A stretch of DNA of 64,000 nucleotides from positions 8,866,001 to 8,930,000 of the forward strand of contig NW_027139453.1 of the NCBI RefSeq assembly GCF_035084215.1, given 5' to 3'. The position numbers were made by a program, and so were the translations under genes. Every line of letters starts with the position of its first letter. Position 1 is the stretch's first letter. Source of the stretch: Heptranchias perlo (taxonomy: Eukaryota). This document shows positions 48,050 through 60,687 of the stretch, in pieces. The notes below the pieces were generated by a model. The model saw only the letters and a list, made by a program, of their open reading frames with translations, did no database searches and had not been told where the DNA came from.

Positions 48050-51000
48050 TGTCAGGTGGGAAAGTAAGCTGTCAGGAGGACTCAAAGAGAGATAAAGACA
48101 GGTTAAGCGAATGCCCAGGAAGGTGGCAGATGGAGTATAATGTAGGGAAATGTGAGGCTATTCACTTTGGTAGGAACAATAGAATAACAGAAAATGTTTG
48201 AAATGGTGAGAAAATATTAAATGTTGGTGTCCAGGGAGTTCTGGGTGTCCTGGTACAAGAAACACAGAGAGTTAGCATGCAGGTGCAGCAAGCAATTAGT
48301 AAAGCAAATGGAATGTTAGCCTTTATTGCAAAGGGGTTCGAGTGCAAGAGTAAGGAAATCTTACTACAGTTATACAGAGTTTTGGTGAGACCTCACATGG
48401 AGTACTGCGTACAATTTTGGTCTCCTTATTTAACGAAGGATATAGTTGCCTTAGTGGCGATGCAACAAAGGTCCACGAGATTAATTCCTGGGATGAGAAG
48501 GTTGTCCTGTTAGGAGAGATTGAGTAGAATGGGCCTATACTCTCTGGAGTTTAGAAAAAATGAGAGGTCATCTCATTGAAACATATAACATTCTGAGGGG
48601 GCTTGACAGGGTAGGTGCTGAGAGGTTAATTCTCCTGGCTGGAGAGTCTGGAACTATGGGTCATAGTCTCAGGATAAGGGGTCGGCCATTCAAGACTGAG
48701 ATGAGGAGAAATTTCTTCAATCAGATGGTTGTGAATCTTTGGAACTCTCTAACCCAGAGAGCTGTGGATGCTGAATTGTTGAGAATATTCAAGGTTAAGT
48801 TAAATAGACTTTTGGACTCCAGGGGAATCAAGGGAATATGGGGATCGGGTGGGAAAATGGAGTTGTGGTTGATGATCAGCCATGATCTGATTGAATGTCG
48901 GAGCAGGCTCGCGGGGCCGTATCACCTACTCCTGCTCCTATTTCTTATGTTTATAACTATGCAGAATTGTCTCAACTTCTCTTGATAAAACATGGAATGC
49001 CTTCCAATTCCACTGAGAATGGAGTATAAGTGTTGCAACGTTGCCAACTAGTGGTGCAGTAGCATATGACAATTAAGGACCGCATAATAATAATTTCGAA
49101 AGTGATAGGTTTAAAGAAAGTAACGTGTCATTACCTCGGATGTGTCTTTCAGGCATAAAAACCTGTACTGTTTTCAGCAATTCTTTGCTATTCAGTGCTG
49201 AGATTTATTAGAATTTCACACACCCCGATGGATACAAACGTATATAGTTTCTTTTTCAATGTGTGGCTATTAATTAAACCAACAAATTGATCTAACTCAG
49301 GCGTGGGGAATTATATCATTTGGATAAGACTACTCCGTTGAGTTAACATAGTGCAGACCCTCCCACTCGAGCTACAGTGGGATATCGGGAGAACCACTGC
49401 CGAATTTCCAGGACATTGCGGGTTTTCCCCTCGCTTTTTTTTCTGCCGACACGTAATCCTAACACATGAAGGCTAGGCTGAGGTGTTATTACTACGAATT
49501 AAACATGAGTCAGTGAGAAAGAAAGACATTTATACAGGGCTTTCAGGAGGCAAAGCGCTTTACAGCCAACAAAGTATATTTTTTGAAGCGTGGTCACTGT
49601 TGTAATGTAGGTAACGCGGCAATCAATTTGCCCACAGCAAGCTCCCACAAGCAGCAATACAACAATGACCAGATAATCTGTTCTGTAGTGAGGTTAGTTG
49701 AGGGATAAATGTTGGCCAGGACACTGTGGGGATCTCCCCTGCTCTTAGATTCATAGAATCTTATCCTCTTACAGAAGGAGGCCATTCAGCCCTTTGTACC
49801 AGTGCTGGCTCTTTGAAAGAGCTGTCCAATTTATTACCACACGCTAGCTTTTTCTCCATAACCATGCAAATGAGTCCTCTTTAAGTACATGTCCAATCGC
49901 CTTTTGAAAGCCCCGATGGAATCTGCTTACACCCCCCACCCACTTTCAGGGAGTGCGCTCTATATCATAACAACACTCTGTGTGAAAACATTTCTCCTCA
50001 TTTCCCCTCTAGTTCTTTGGCCAATTATTTTAAATCTAAGACCTCCTATTACCGCCCCACCTTCCAGAGGAAACCGGCTCTCCCTACTTGCTCCATCAAA
50101 ACCCCTCATAATATTGAAAACTTCTATTAGGTCTCCCTATAACTGTCCCTGCTCTCAGGAGAACATTCCCAGATTCTCCAAATTCTCCACATAATTGAAG
50201 TCACTCATCCCTGATATCATCCTGGTAAACCTCCTCTGTGCTTTCTCCAAGGCCTTGATATCCTTCCGAAAGTGCGGTGCCCAGAATTGTACGCAATACT
50301 CCAGCTCAGGCCTAACCAGTCATTTGGAAAGGTTTATCATGACTTCCTTGTTTATATATTCAATGCCGCTATTTACAAACCAAGTTTCCCATACACTTTC
50401 TTCACCACCTTTTCAACTTGTTCCCCCACCATCAAAGATTTGTGAATATTAAACCCCCTCTGCTCTTGCATCCCCCTCAAAAAACGACTTTAGATTATAT
50501 TGCTTCTCAATGTTGTTCCTCTCAAAGTGCATCACTTCACACTTAAACGCATTAAATTGCATCTGCAATATGTCAGCCCATTTCACTAGTCTGTTTATGT
50601 TCTCCTGAAGTTTGTTACTATTCTCCTCACTATTTACTACGTTGCCAAGTTTTATATTATCAGCAAACTTCGAAATTTTACTCCCTATACCCAAGTCCAG
50701 ATCAATTATATATAACAAGAAAAGCAATGGTCACGTTACCGACCCCTGGGGGACCACACTGCATACTTTTCTCCAGTCAGAAAAACATCCGTTCACAACT
50801 ACTCTCTGCCTCCTATCCCTTAGCCAATTTCCCACCGAAGTTACAACAGCCCCTACAATCCCATGTGCTTCTATTTTCCGAATCAGTCGATTAAATTTGT
50901 GACTTCATCAAATGCTTTTTGAAAGTCCATATATACAAAAGCTGCTGAGCTACCTTAATCAACCGTCTCTGACCCTTCATCAAAGAACACAATCAGGTTA

Positions 51001-51060
51001 GTCAGACACGATTTGCCTTTCGCTAATCCGTGCTGGCTGTCCTTTATTAACCTCTGCTTC
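48050..51060. mobile_element. CR1 fragments (+ 48050-48955; - ~49750-51060) with a SINE piece between
   Basis: [12 protein letters not shown] and SKFADNIKL motifs. Confidence 0.8.
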
Positions 51061-51991
51061 TCCGAAGTGAGACAATAGTGGCCGTGGGATCTTTTACATT
51101 AACCCGAGAGAGCAGGGACGGGGTTTTGGTTTAACGTCTCATTCAAAAGACGGCACTTCCGACAGTGCGGCACTCCCTCAGCACTGGGCTGGAGTGTCAA
51201 TCTAGATGTTATACTCCAGCCTCTGGAGTTGGACTTGAACCCACAACCTTCCGAGTCAGAGGTGATAGTGTTACCAACTGTGGCTCGGCTGACACTGAGA
51301 GCTAGTTATTTAAAATATGTTCTTTGCATCGAAAAAGTCAGATAGATAAAGGAAAGACCTGGAAGTGCGTAGCTGAAGTATATTAGACGTTAGTGTATTC
51401 GAGAGCCCTGCGTTCGATTCCTGATGGAGTGATCGGGCGAATTCTCCTCTATGTATTGGCTGTGAATGTCCATTCCAAATTTAGTTCGGATCGCTTTCAA
51501 TGGATAACAACAACTTGCATTTATATCACACCTTTAATATTGTAAAATGGCGCTTCACAGGGGCGTTATCAAACAAAATTTGACAGCGAATCATGTAAGG
51601 AGATATTAGGACAGGTGGGGCACCTTTTAAGGAGCATCTTAAAGATGGTGAGAGAGGTAGAGAAGCGGAGAGATTTAGAGAGGGAATTCCAGAATCTAAG
51701 CCAAGGAGTGCTGAAAGGCACGGCCGCCAATGGTGGGGCGAAAGGAGTGACAGGATAGAGAAGAGGCCAGAATTGAGGGAACGCAGAGATCTCGGGGAGT
51801 TGTAGGGCAGGAAGACGTAACAGGGATAGGGAGGTGCTTGGATTTGAAAACAGTGATGAGAATTTTAAAATGGAGCCGTTCCAGGACCGGAAGCCAATGT
51901 AGGTCAGCGCACACAGAGGGTGATGGGTGAACGGGACTTAATTCGACTGTGAGATTTTGTCTGGACATCCTCAGATTTTAACAACGCTGTG

Positions 51992-52264
51992 TGCATCCTT
52001 GCGCGCCGAACAGTAATAGGTGCCGCTGTCTTGGCTGCGAGAGTTTGTCAGGGGCAACATGAATTTGTTGTTTCCAGACTCCAGTTTAAACGCAGTCCTT
52101 TTTCTGTACTCAGATGCAAAAAATATATCCGATCTGCTTGTACCAGTAAAACCAATAGTCGCTTATGTTGCCCTCCCTGATGCGTCAGTAGAACGTAACT
52201 CCCTCCCCTGGGACCAGGACGGTGGTCACCGGGGACTGGACGATGAGGCGTTGGGGCCGAACAC
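51992..52264 (-). pseudogene. V pseudogene V6 (RLIVQSPVTTVLVPGEGVTFY*RIREGNISDYWFYWYKQ..ESGNNKFMLPLTNSRSQDSGTYYCSARKD), V-delta-like
   Basis: Cys23 codon is TGA (52185-52187); internal deletion/frameshift; acceptor CTTAG; RSS CACAGCG 51985-51991 / 24 / ACAAAATCT 51952-51960; possible ATG-less leader relic ~52749-52794. Confidence 0.87.
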
Positions 52265-53159
52265 CTAAGAGATTATAAACAAAAAAGAAGGGCAGAATGA
52301 GCAGGAGTGGGCAAGAGGGTCGGCAGGGAGGCCCAGAGGAGCAGAGGCAGGAACAGAAGAGAGAGAGAAAGAAAGGAAGCCCAAATAGTAGGCACGGAAC
52401 GCAAAGCTACCTTCACACTTATGTTTACTCTACAGGTTAAGTCCAATAAAAGGTCAGGTTTATTGAACAGATTAAATTATAAATGCGCGTAAATGAAAAG
52501 GACAAAGACAAAGAAGCTTGGTCCGGCTGGTAAAGACGTGAATTAAATAATGTTTGGGGTGGGTCTACTCATCAGATCAGTTATTGCACCACTGATCAAT
52601 CGTGACTAGTTCTCTTCTCAAACAACATCAGCTTATTCCAATTTGCTTCACCAAGAGTAGTAAATAAAGCAATAAATCATCATTACAAACAGTACACGAT
52701 TTCAATTGAACAAAATGTGGATTGAAACGTTCGCTCTCTCGGACATACAGGAAATGGAGAGCAGAAATATGGAAAGCCAATAAACAGCGACTAAGAGCTC
52801 AGCCTCTTTCACAAAACAATCCCAAACTATTTGAACTTGAGTTGAGCTGGCGCTCTATAAAGAGGGTCATAACGCCGCGATTGCCGCTGTGGGAAGTATT
52901 TGTAAATAACAAAACCGCTTCTCCCCTCGGGAGCGCCGATCGCAAAATTGCGCACTCCCATCCACTATTCGTTACCATGTTCGCCCCGACCACACCGCAC
53001 GAGTGGAACCATTAATGGGAACAGAGCTTTCCAGTCACAGACCTACCCAGCGTTGCTCTCAAATCCGTTTAATAGATGGATACAATCATCAGAAATCCAG
53101 CCCTTGCAGCCGTTCTCTTATCAACCTCTGCATGATAATATAAGGCAATCTCTCCGCGG

Positions 53160-53510
53160 AGAGAATGAGAGAAAGAATGAGAGGTAGGGGCAAGAGAGGG
53201 AGAGAGAGAGACGGGAACGGTGAGAAATAGAGAGAGAGAGAATGAGAGAAAGGCGGAGAGAGGGAGAGTAACAAAGAGAGAGACAGAAAGAGAGAATAGG
53301 AGAGCGGGAGAGTAACAAAGAGAGGGAGAAAGCGAGAGAATGAGAGAGAGGCGGAGAGAGGGAGAGTAACAAAGAGAGAGACGGAGAGAGATTGAGAGAA
53401 GGGAAAGCGAGAGGCAAAGAGAACAAGAGAGAGAGCGAGAGACAGAAACGGAGAGAGAGAAAACGACAAAGACAGAGAGAGAATGAGAGTGAGAGAAAGA
53501 GAGAAAACAC
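53160..53510. repeat. (GA)n-like purine microsatellite
   Basis: Low-complexity sequence. Confidence 0.92.
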
Positions 53511-54699
53511 AGTGTTTTTAAAAAATGTATATTACGTTTCTTATAATATCGATCAAGGCTCGGTTCCAATGGAAATGTTGGAGGTTTTTTGAGGAACGTT
53601 GTGTCCGCTGAGGGGAATGAGCCTCAAATCAATGGGTTAAGCTTCACCTGGAGTATTGTGTCCATTTCTGGGCACCACACTTTAAGAAGGATGTGAAGGA
53701 CTTAGAGAGGGTGGAGAAGAGATTTACTAGAATGATTCCAGGAATGAGGAACTTTTGTTACGTGCTAGATTGGAGAAGCTGAGGTTGTTCTCCTTGGAGC
53801 AGAGAAGGTTGAGAGGAGATTTGATAGAGGTGTTCAAAATCATGAAGGGTCTGAACATAGCAGATGGAGAGATATTTTTCTCATTGGCGGAAGGGTCAAG
53901 AATCAAAGGGCATAGGTTTAAGTTGATTGTCAAAAGAATCAAAAGGAAAAACTTTTTTACGTACCGAGTGTTTAGGATCTGGAATACACTTCCCGAGGAG
54001 GTGGTGGCGGCTGATTCAATCATGGCCTTCAAAAGGGGACTGCATAATTGCTTGAAAGGAAAAACAAACTGCAGGGCTGCAGAAATAGGGCAGGGGAGAA
54101 TGGGACGAGCTGGATTGCACTTGCAGAGAGCTGGCACGCACTCAATAGGCCGAATGGCTTCCTTCCGTGCTGTGGCCTTTCTATGATTCTATGATTCTAA
54201 GGCCTTGGAGAGGGTATGCAGTAGATTTACCAGAATGGTAACAGGGATGAGGGACTTCAGTTATGTGGAGAGATTGGAGAAGCTGGGAATTTTCTCCTTA
54301 GAGACGAGAAGGTTAAACCATAGACTTGTACACCACAGAAGGAGGCCATTCGGACCATCGTGCCTCTGCCAGCTCTTTGAAAGATCTATCCAATTAGTTC
54401 CACTCACCCTACTCTTTCCCCGCAGCCCTATTTTATTTCCTTTTAAAGTATATATCAAATTCCCTTTTGAACATCACTATTAAATCTGTTTCCACTGCGC
54501 TTTGAGGCAGTGAATTCCTGATCATCACAACTCGCTGCGTAACTTTAAGTAAAAACATTCCCACTACCATAAAATTTCTTTCTATTGGTCAGCTGTAATT
54601 TCGCAAACCACCGACAGCAAAATCGGCAAGTCCCTCATTGTTTTCGTTACTTGAATTTCCATTGAAGGAAACGTTCTCCCAGCTCCAGCATAACAATAA

Positions 54700-55150
54700 T
54701 AAAACCAGAACATGCTGGGACAGCTCAGCAAGTCAGGCAGCATCTGGGGAAAGAAACAGAGTTAACGTTTCAGGTCGAAGACCTTGCGTTGGACTGGAAG
54801 ATGTTGGCAGAGTTAATGTTTTTGAGCAAGTACAGAGCCAGGGAAAGGGGGGAGGTAGGGGAGGCGAGGAAAGAACAAAAGGGAAGGTCTGTGATAGGGT
54901 AGAGGGCACGAGTGATTAAATTGCAAAAGGGATGACGGTGCAAGTCAAGAAGGGTGGTAATGGGACAGGTTAAGAGACAAAGATTGGTCAGGAGTTGCTG
55001 GAAATGGCAGCAGCAGAAACATTACCAGCACGAGCTGACCGAAAAAATGGGTGCAGTGGTTCTGATCTGAAATTATTGAAATCAATGTTGAGTCTGGTAT
55101 GTTGTAAAGTGTCTGAACGACAGATGAGGTGCTGTCCCTCGAGCATTGCA
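54700..55150 (-). mobile_element. Penelope-like element 3' fragment (related copy ~400-720, +)
   Basis: Minus-strand LEGQHLICRSDTLQHTRLNIDFNNF resembles the GIY-YIG C-terminus; shares AGAGTTAACGTTT..GG flank with 400-720. Confidence 0.55.
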
Positions 55151-55315
55151 AACTGATCCTCATCAGAGACGAGAGTATTTTAAAAAGGCTGAATCTCACT
55201 TGTGCAGCTGACACTTAATGAATCCAAGGTTGTGGGGAGATTTGATAGAGGTGTTCAAAATCATGAGGGGTTTCGATAGAGCAAATAAGGAGAAACTGTT
55301 TCCAGTGGCAGAAGG

Positions 55316-58154
55316 CAGATGAACTCAGGGCATGGATGGGTACATGGGACTGGGATGTTATAGCTATTACTGAAACATGGATAAGGGAGGGGCAGGACTG
55401 GCAGCTCAATGTTCCAGGGTACAGATGCTATAGGAAAGATAGAGCAGGAGGTAAGAGAGGAGGGGGAGTTGCGTTCTTGATTAGGGAGAACATCACGGCA
55501 GTAGTGAGAGGGGATATATCCGAGGGTTCGCCCACTGAGTCTATATGGGTAGAACTGAAAAATAAGAAGGGAGAGATCACTTTGATCGGATTGTACTACA
55601 GACCCCCAAATAGTCAACGGGAAATTGAGGAGCAAATATGTAAGGAGATTACAGACAGCTGCAAGAAAAATAGGGTGGTAATAGTAGGGGACTTTAACTT
55701 TCCCAACATTGACTGGGACAGCCATAGCATTAGGGGCTTGGATGGAGAGAAATTTTTTGAGTGTATTCAGGAGGAATTTCTCATTCAGTATGTGGATGGC
55801 CCGACTAGAGAGGGGGCAAAACTTGACCTCCTCTTGGGAAATAAGGAAGGGCAGGTGACAGAAGTGTTAGTGAGGGATCACTTTGGGACCAGTGATCATA
55901 ATTCCATTAGTTTCAAGATAGCTATGGAGAAGGATAGGTCTGGCCCAAAAGTTAAAATTCTAAATTGGGGAAAGGCCAATTTTGATGGTATTAGACAGGA
56001 ACTTTCAGAAGTTGATTGGGAGAGTCTGTTGGCAGGCAAAGGGACGTCTGGTAAGTGGGAGGCTTTCAAAAGTGTGTTAACCAGGGTTCAGGGTAAGCAC
56101 ATTCCTTATAAAGTGAAGGGCAAGGCTGGTAGAAGTAGGGAACCTTGGATGACTCGGGAGATTGAGGCACTAGTCAAAAAGAAGAAGGAGGCATATGACA
56201 TGCATAGGCAGCTGGGATCAAGTGGATCCCTTGAAGAGTATAGAGATTGCCGGAGTAGAGTTAAGAGAGAAATCAGGAGGGCAAAAAGGGGATATGAGAT
56301 TGCTTTGGCAGATCAGGCAAAGGTGAATCGAAAGAGCTTCTACAAATACATAAAGGGCAAAAGGGTAACTAGGGAGAGAGTAGGGCCTCTTAAGGATCAA
56401 CAAGGTCATCTATGTGCGGAACCACAAGAGATGGGTGAGATCCTGAATGAATATTTCACATCGGTATTTACGGTTGAGAAAGGCATGGATGTTCGGGAAC
56501 TTGGGGAAATAAATAGTGATGTCTTGAGGAGTGTACATATTACAGAGAGGGAGGTGCTGGAAGTCTTAACGCGCATCAAGGTAGATAAATCTCCGGGACC
56601 TGATTAAATGTATCCCAGGACGTTATGGGAGGTTAGGGAGGAAATTGCGGGTCCCCTAGCAGAGATATTTGAATCATCCACCGCTACAGGTGAGGTGCCT
56701 GAAGATTGGAGGGTAGCAAATGTTGTGCCTTTGTTTAAGAAGGGCGGCAGGGAAAAGCCTGGGAACTACAGACCAGTGAGCCTGACATCTGTAGTGGGTA
56801 AGTTGTTAGAGGGTATTCTGAGGGACAGGATCTACAGGCATTTGGAGAGGCAGGGACTAATTAGGAACAGTCAGCATGGTTTTGTGAGAGGAAAATCATG
56901 TCTCACGAATTTGATTGAGTTTTTTGAAGGGGTAACCAAGAAGATAGATGAGGGCTGTGCAGTAGACGTGGTCTACATGGACTTCAGCAAAGCATTTGAC
57001 AAGGTACCGCAAGGTAGGTTGTTACATAAGGTTAAATCTCATGGGATCCAAGGTGAGGTAGCCAATTGGATACAAAATTGGCTTGACGACAGAAGACAGA
57101 GGGTGGTTGTAGAGGGTTGTTTATCAAACTGGATGCCTGTGTCCAGCGGTGTGCCTCAGGGATCGGTGCTGGGTCCGCTGTTATTTGTTATTTATATTAA
57201 TGATTTGGATGAGAATTTAGGAGGCATGGTTAGTAAGTTTGCAGATGACACCAAGATTGGTGGCATTGTGGACAGTGAAGAAGGTTATCTAGGATTGCAA
57301 CGGGATCTTGATAAATTGGGCCAGTGGGCCGATGAATGGCAGATGGAGTTTAATTTAGATAAATGTGAGGTGATGCATTTTGGTAGATCGAATCCGTCCA
57401 GGACCTACTCCGTTAATGGTAGGGCGTTGGGGAGAGTTATAGAACAAAGAGATCTGGGAGTACAGATTCATAGCTCCTTGAAAGTGGAGTCACAGGTGGA
57501 TAGGGTGGTGAAGAAGGCATTCAGCATGCTTGGTTTCATTGGTCAGAACATTGAATGCAGGAGTTGGGATGTCTTGTTGAAGTTGTACAGGGCATTGGTG
57601 AGGCCACACTTGGAGTACTGTGTACAGTTCTGGTCACCCTATTATAGAAAGGATATTATTAAACTAGAAAGAGTGCAGAAAAGATTTACTAGGATGCTAC
57701 CGGGACTTGATGGTTTGACTTACAGGGAGAGGTTAGACAGACTGGGACTTTTTCCCTGGAGAGTAGGAGGTTAAGGGGTGAGCTTATAGAAGTCTATAAA
57801 ATAATGAGGGGCATAGATAAGGTAGATAGTCAAAATCTTTTCCCAAAGGTAGGGGAGTCTATAACGAGGGGGCATAGATTTAAGGTGAGAGGGGAGAGAT
57901 AAAAAAAGGTCCAGAGGGGCAATTTTTTCACTCAAAGGGTGGTGAGTGTCTGGAACGAGCTGCCAGAGGCAGTAGTAGAGGCGGGTACAATTTTGTCTTT
58001 TAAAAAGCATTTGGACAGTTACATGGGTAAGATGGGTATCGAGGGATATGGGCCAAGTGCAGGCAATTGGGACTAGCTTAGTGGTATAAACTGGGCGACA
58101 TGGACATGTTGGGCCGAAGGGCCTGTTTCCATGTTGTAACTTCTATGATTCTAT
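55316..58154 (+). mobile_element. Young 5'-truncated CR1 LINE (ORF2 APE endonuclease + RT) nested in an older CR1 3' fragment
   Basis: ORFs 55336..56607 (ITETW, GDFN, SDH) and 56608..57774 (YRPVSLTS, GVPQGSVLGP, FADD) separated by one TAA; ends in TTCTATGATTCTAT; host sequence resumes after the insert. Confidence 0.95.
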
Positions 58155-58566
58155 AAGGGTCGGTAACCAAAGGACACAGATTTAAGATAATTGGCAAAAG
58201 AGCCAGAGTGGGGGCGGGGAATGAGAAGAATATTTTTTAACGCAGCGAGTTTTGATCTGGAATGCGCTGCCTGAAAGGGCGGTGGAAACAGATTCAGTCG
58301 TAACTTTCAAAAGGGAATTGGATAAATAGTTGAGGAGGAAAACTTTGCAGGGCTGTGGGGAAAAATCAGGGAAGTGGGTCTAATTTGATTGCGCTTCCAA
58401 ACAGCCAGCACAGACAAGATGGGCCGAATGGCCTCCTCTTGTGCTGTATCATTCTGTGATCCCCACAATGATTACATGAAGTTAAAATCTACTGGATCAA
58501 ATGGTAATGCTCGTGAACTCCGTGCACTGAATGAGCAGTCGGGACATTATTTTTTTGCTGAATGCG

Positions 58567-58580
58567 GTGTCCTCTGGCGG
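58567..58580 (-). promoter_or_regulatory. CTCF-like motif 3' of V7 RSS
   Basis: Minus strand CCGCCAGAGGACAC, 30 bp from the nonamer, same orientation as the V8 site. Confidence 0.45.
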
Positions 58581-58649
58581 GGGAGACGGTTCACTGCATC
58601 CTGTTCTGTTGCTTTTCGTCTCAGAGTTGGGGTGTTTCCACACGCCGTG

Positions 58650-58943
58650 CATCACTGCACCCGCAGAAGTAGACGGTAGTGTCCCACGGGGAGGTTACAG
58701 CGAGTTCCAGAGTAAACTGGGCATCGCTGGGACTCTGAGCGACAAATGGTTCGGTCGTGTAATTAGAAACGTGGCCCGCACCGACCGATTGGAAAAGAAG
58801 GGCGGGTTCCCGGTTTGCTGCTGGTCGGCACCAGAATATGGTGGGATCGTTAGTGTTCTTCAGGATACAGTACATTACCACTGATTTTCCGGAATGAACA
58901 GAAACAATAGTCGGTGTTTGTTCAACGAGCGAAGTGCACACAC
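58650..58943 (-). pseudogene. TRBV: TRBV exon V7 (LVEQTP...YC...WCRP...YFCGCSD), open frame but defective splice acceptor
   Basis: ORF 58621..59016; RSS CACGGCG 58643-58649 / 23 / ACGAAAAGC 58611-58619; expected acceptor reads AA|GT where paralog V8 has AG|GA. Confidence 0.85.
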
Positions 58944-59670
58944 TTTGCAAATGGAGGAAACAGTCAGGTTTGTTTTCATAGAATCGTAGAGCGAAGAAAG
59001 AGGCCATTGGGCCCATTATGCTTGTGCCGGCTCTTTGAAAGAGTTACCCAATCTGTCCCACTCCCCAGCTCTTTCCCCATAGCCCTGTACATTTTCCCGT
59101 GAAGTATTTATCCGATTCCATTTTGAAAATTACTGTTGAATCTGCTCTCACCGCCCTTTCAGGCAGTGCATTCCAGATCATCACAACTCATTGCGTAAAA
59201 ATATTATTCTCATCTCCCCTCTGGTTCTTTTGCCAATTATTTTAAATCTGTGTCCTTTGGTTACCGACCCTTCTGCCACTGGAAACAGTTTCTCCCTATC
59301 TACTCTGTCAAAACCCCTCATCATTTTGAACACCTCTATTAAATCTCCCCTTCACCTGCTCTGCTCGAAGGAGAATAACTCCAACGTCCCCAGTCTCTCC
59401 ACGTAACTGAAGTCCCCCAGTCCTGGTAACATTCGGGTAAATCTCCACTGTACCCTCTCTCAGGCCTTGATATCTTTCCTATAGTCTGATGCCCAGAATT
59501 GACCACAACGCTTCAGCTGAGACCTAATCGTAGATGTATAAAGGTTTTGCAGAATTCCTTGGTGTTCTACTCAATACAGATCTGTGTATTCGAGGATTAA
59601 TCCATCCTAAGCAAAAAACATATTGTGAAACATACCTTTCTTTCCGACTTTTAGCTCGGTTTTGAATTAC

Positions 59671-59731
59671 CATAAATGAATGCAATCGACCAGAATAAAT
59701 ATGACACTTGGACAAGCAAGTTTAGTTCCAT
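59671..59731 (-). CDS. TRBV: V7 leader exon (MELNLLVQVSYLFWSIAFIY)
   Basis: ccATGg start; 61 nt; phase-1 GTAAT donor; TATA-like sequence ~59801 and TGACGC ~59826 upstream. Confidence 0.72.
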
Positions 59732-60578
59732 GGATAAGCACAGGGTGATGGAGCCTGTGTGGGAACATCCAGTCCGGTCCTTTCTCCGCTGCTGAGTCGT
59801 AATATATATGAAGCGTTAGTTTGTGGCGTCATTTCTCAGCCGTGGCGAGAACTACCGCCTCTGAGTCATCAGGTTGTGGGTTCAAGCCCCGCACACGAGA
59901 ATTTAGCACAGAAACCAGGCCGGCACTACCGGAGCGACTAATAAGGGGGTGCTGTAAGGACTGTACTGATGGAGGGCAGTACTGAAAGAGTGCTCCACTC
60001 TCGGAGGGTCAGTATTTACGGTTTGGAAGGGCAGTACTGAGGGAGTACTGCACTGTTGGAAGCGCAGTACTGAGGGAGTACTGCACTGTTGGAAGGGCAG
60101 TACTGAGGGACTACTGCACTGTTGAAAGGACAGTATTGAGTTAGTGGTGCACTGTTGGACGGGAAGTACTGGAGCACTGCACTGTCGGAATGTCAGTATT
60201 GAAGGAGAGCCGCACTGTCGGAGGGGCAGTAATGAGGGAACGCTGCACTGTCGGAATGTCAGCACTGAGGGAGCGCTACACTTTTTGGAATGTCAGTACT
60301 GAAGAAGCGCTGCACTGTTGGCGGGTCAGTGCTGAGGGAGTGCTGCACTGTTGGAGCGGCAGTACTGACGGAGTGCTGCACCATTGGAATGCCCTTACTG
60401 AGGGAGCTCTGCTCTGTAGGAAGGGCAGTAATTAGGGAGTGCTACACCGTGATAGACACTGAGAGCCTGCTGCACTGTCGAAGAGGCAGTTCTGAGGGAG
60501 TGCTGCACTGGCGGAAGGTCCGAAACCCGACTTCCATCGCGTGCAATTTCCATCTGAGCAATTACGTTCCGTCGATTG

Positions 60579-60592
60579 CTGCCACCTGCTGG
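60579..60592 (-). promoter_or_regulatory. CTCF consensus motif 3' of V8 RSS
   Basis: Minus strand CCAGCAGGTGGCAG fits CCASYAGRKGGCRS at all positions, ~57 bp from the nonamer. Confidence 0.6.
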
Positions 60593-60687
60593 CAGAAAAG
60601 AAGCGGTGAATTTCCAGCTGGTGCTGCCAGCTGCCATTCATCCAGTGTGTTTTTTGTAGCTGCGGAGCCACTTTCTCAAACGCTGTG

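Noticed and set aside
51361-51430. tRNA-like sequence with B-box CGTTCGATTCC
   Set aside because: No convincing cloverleaf; likely a decayed SINE head
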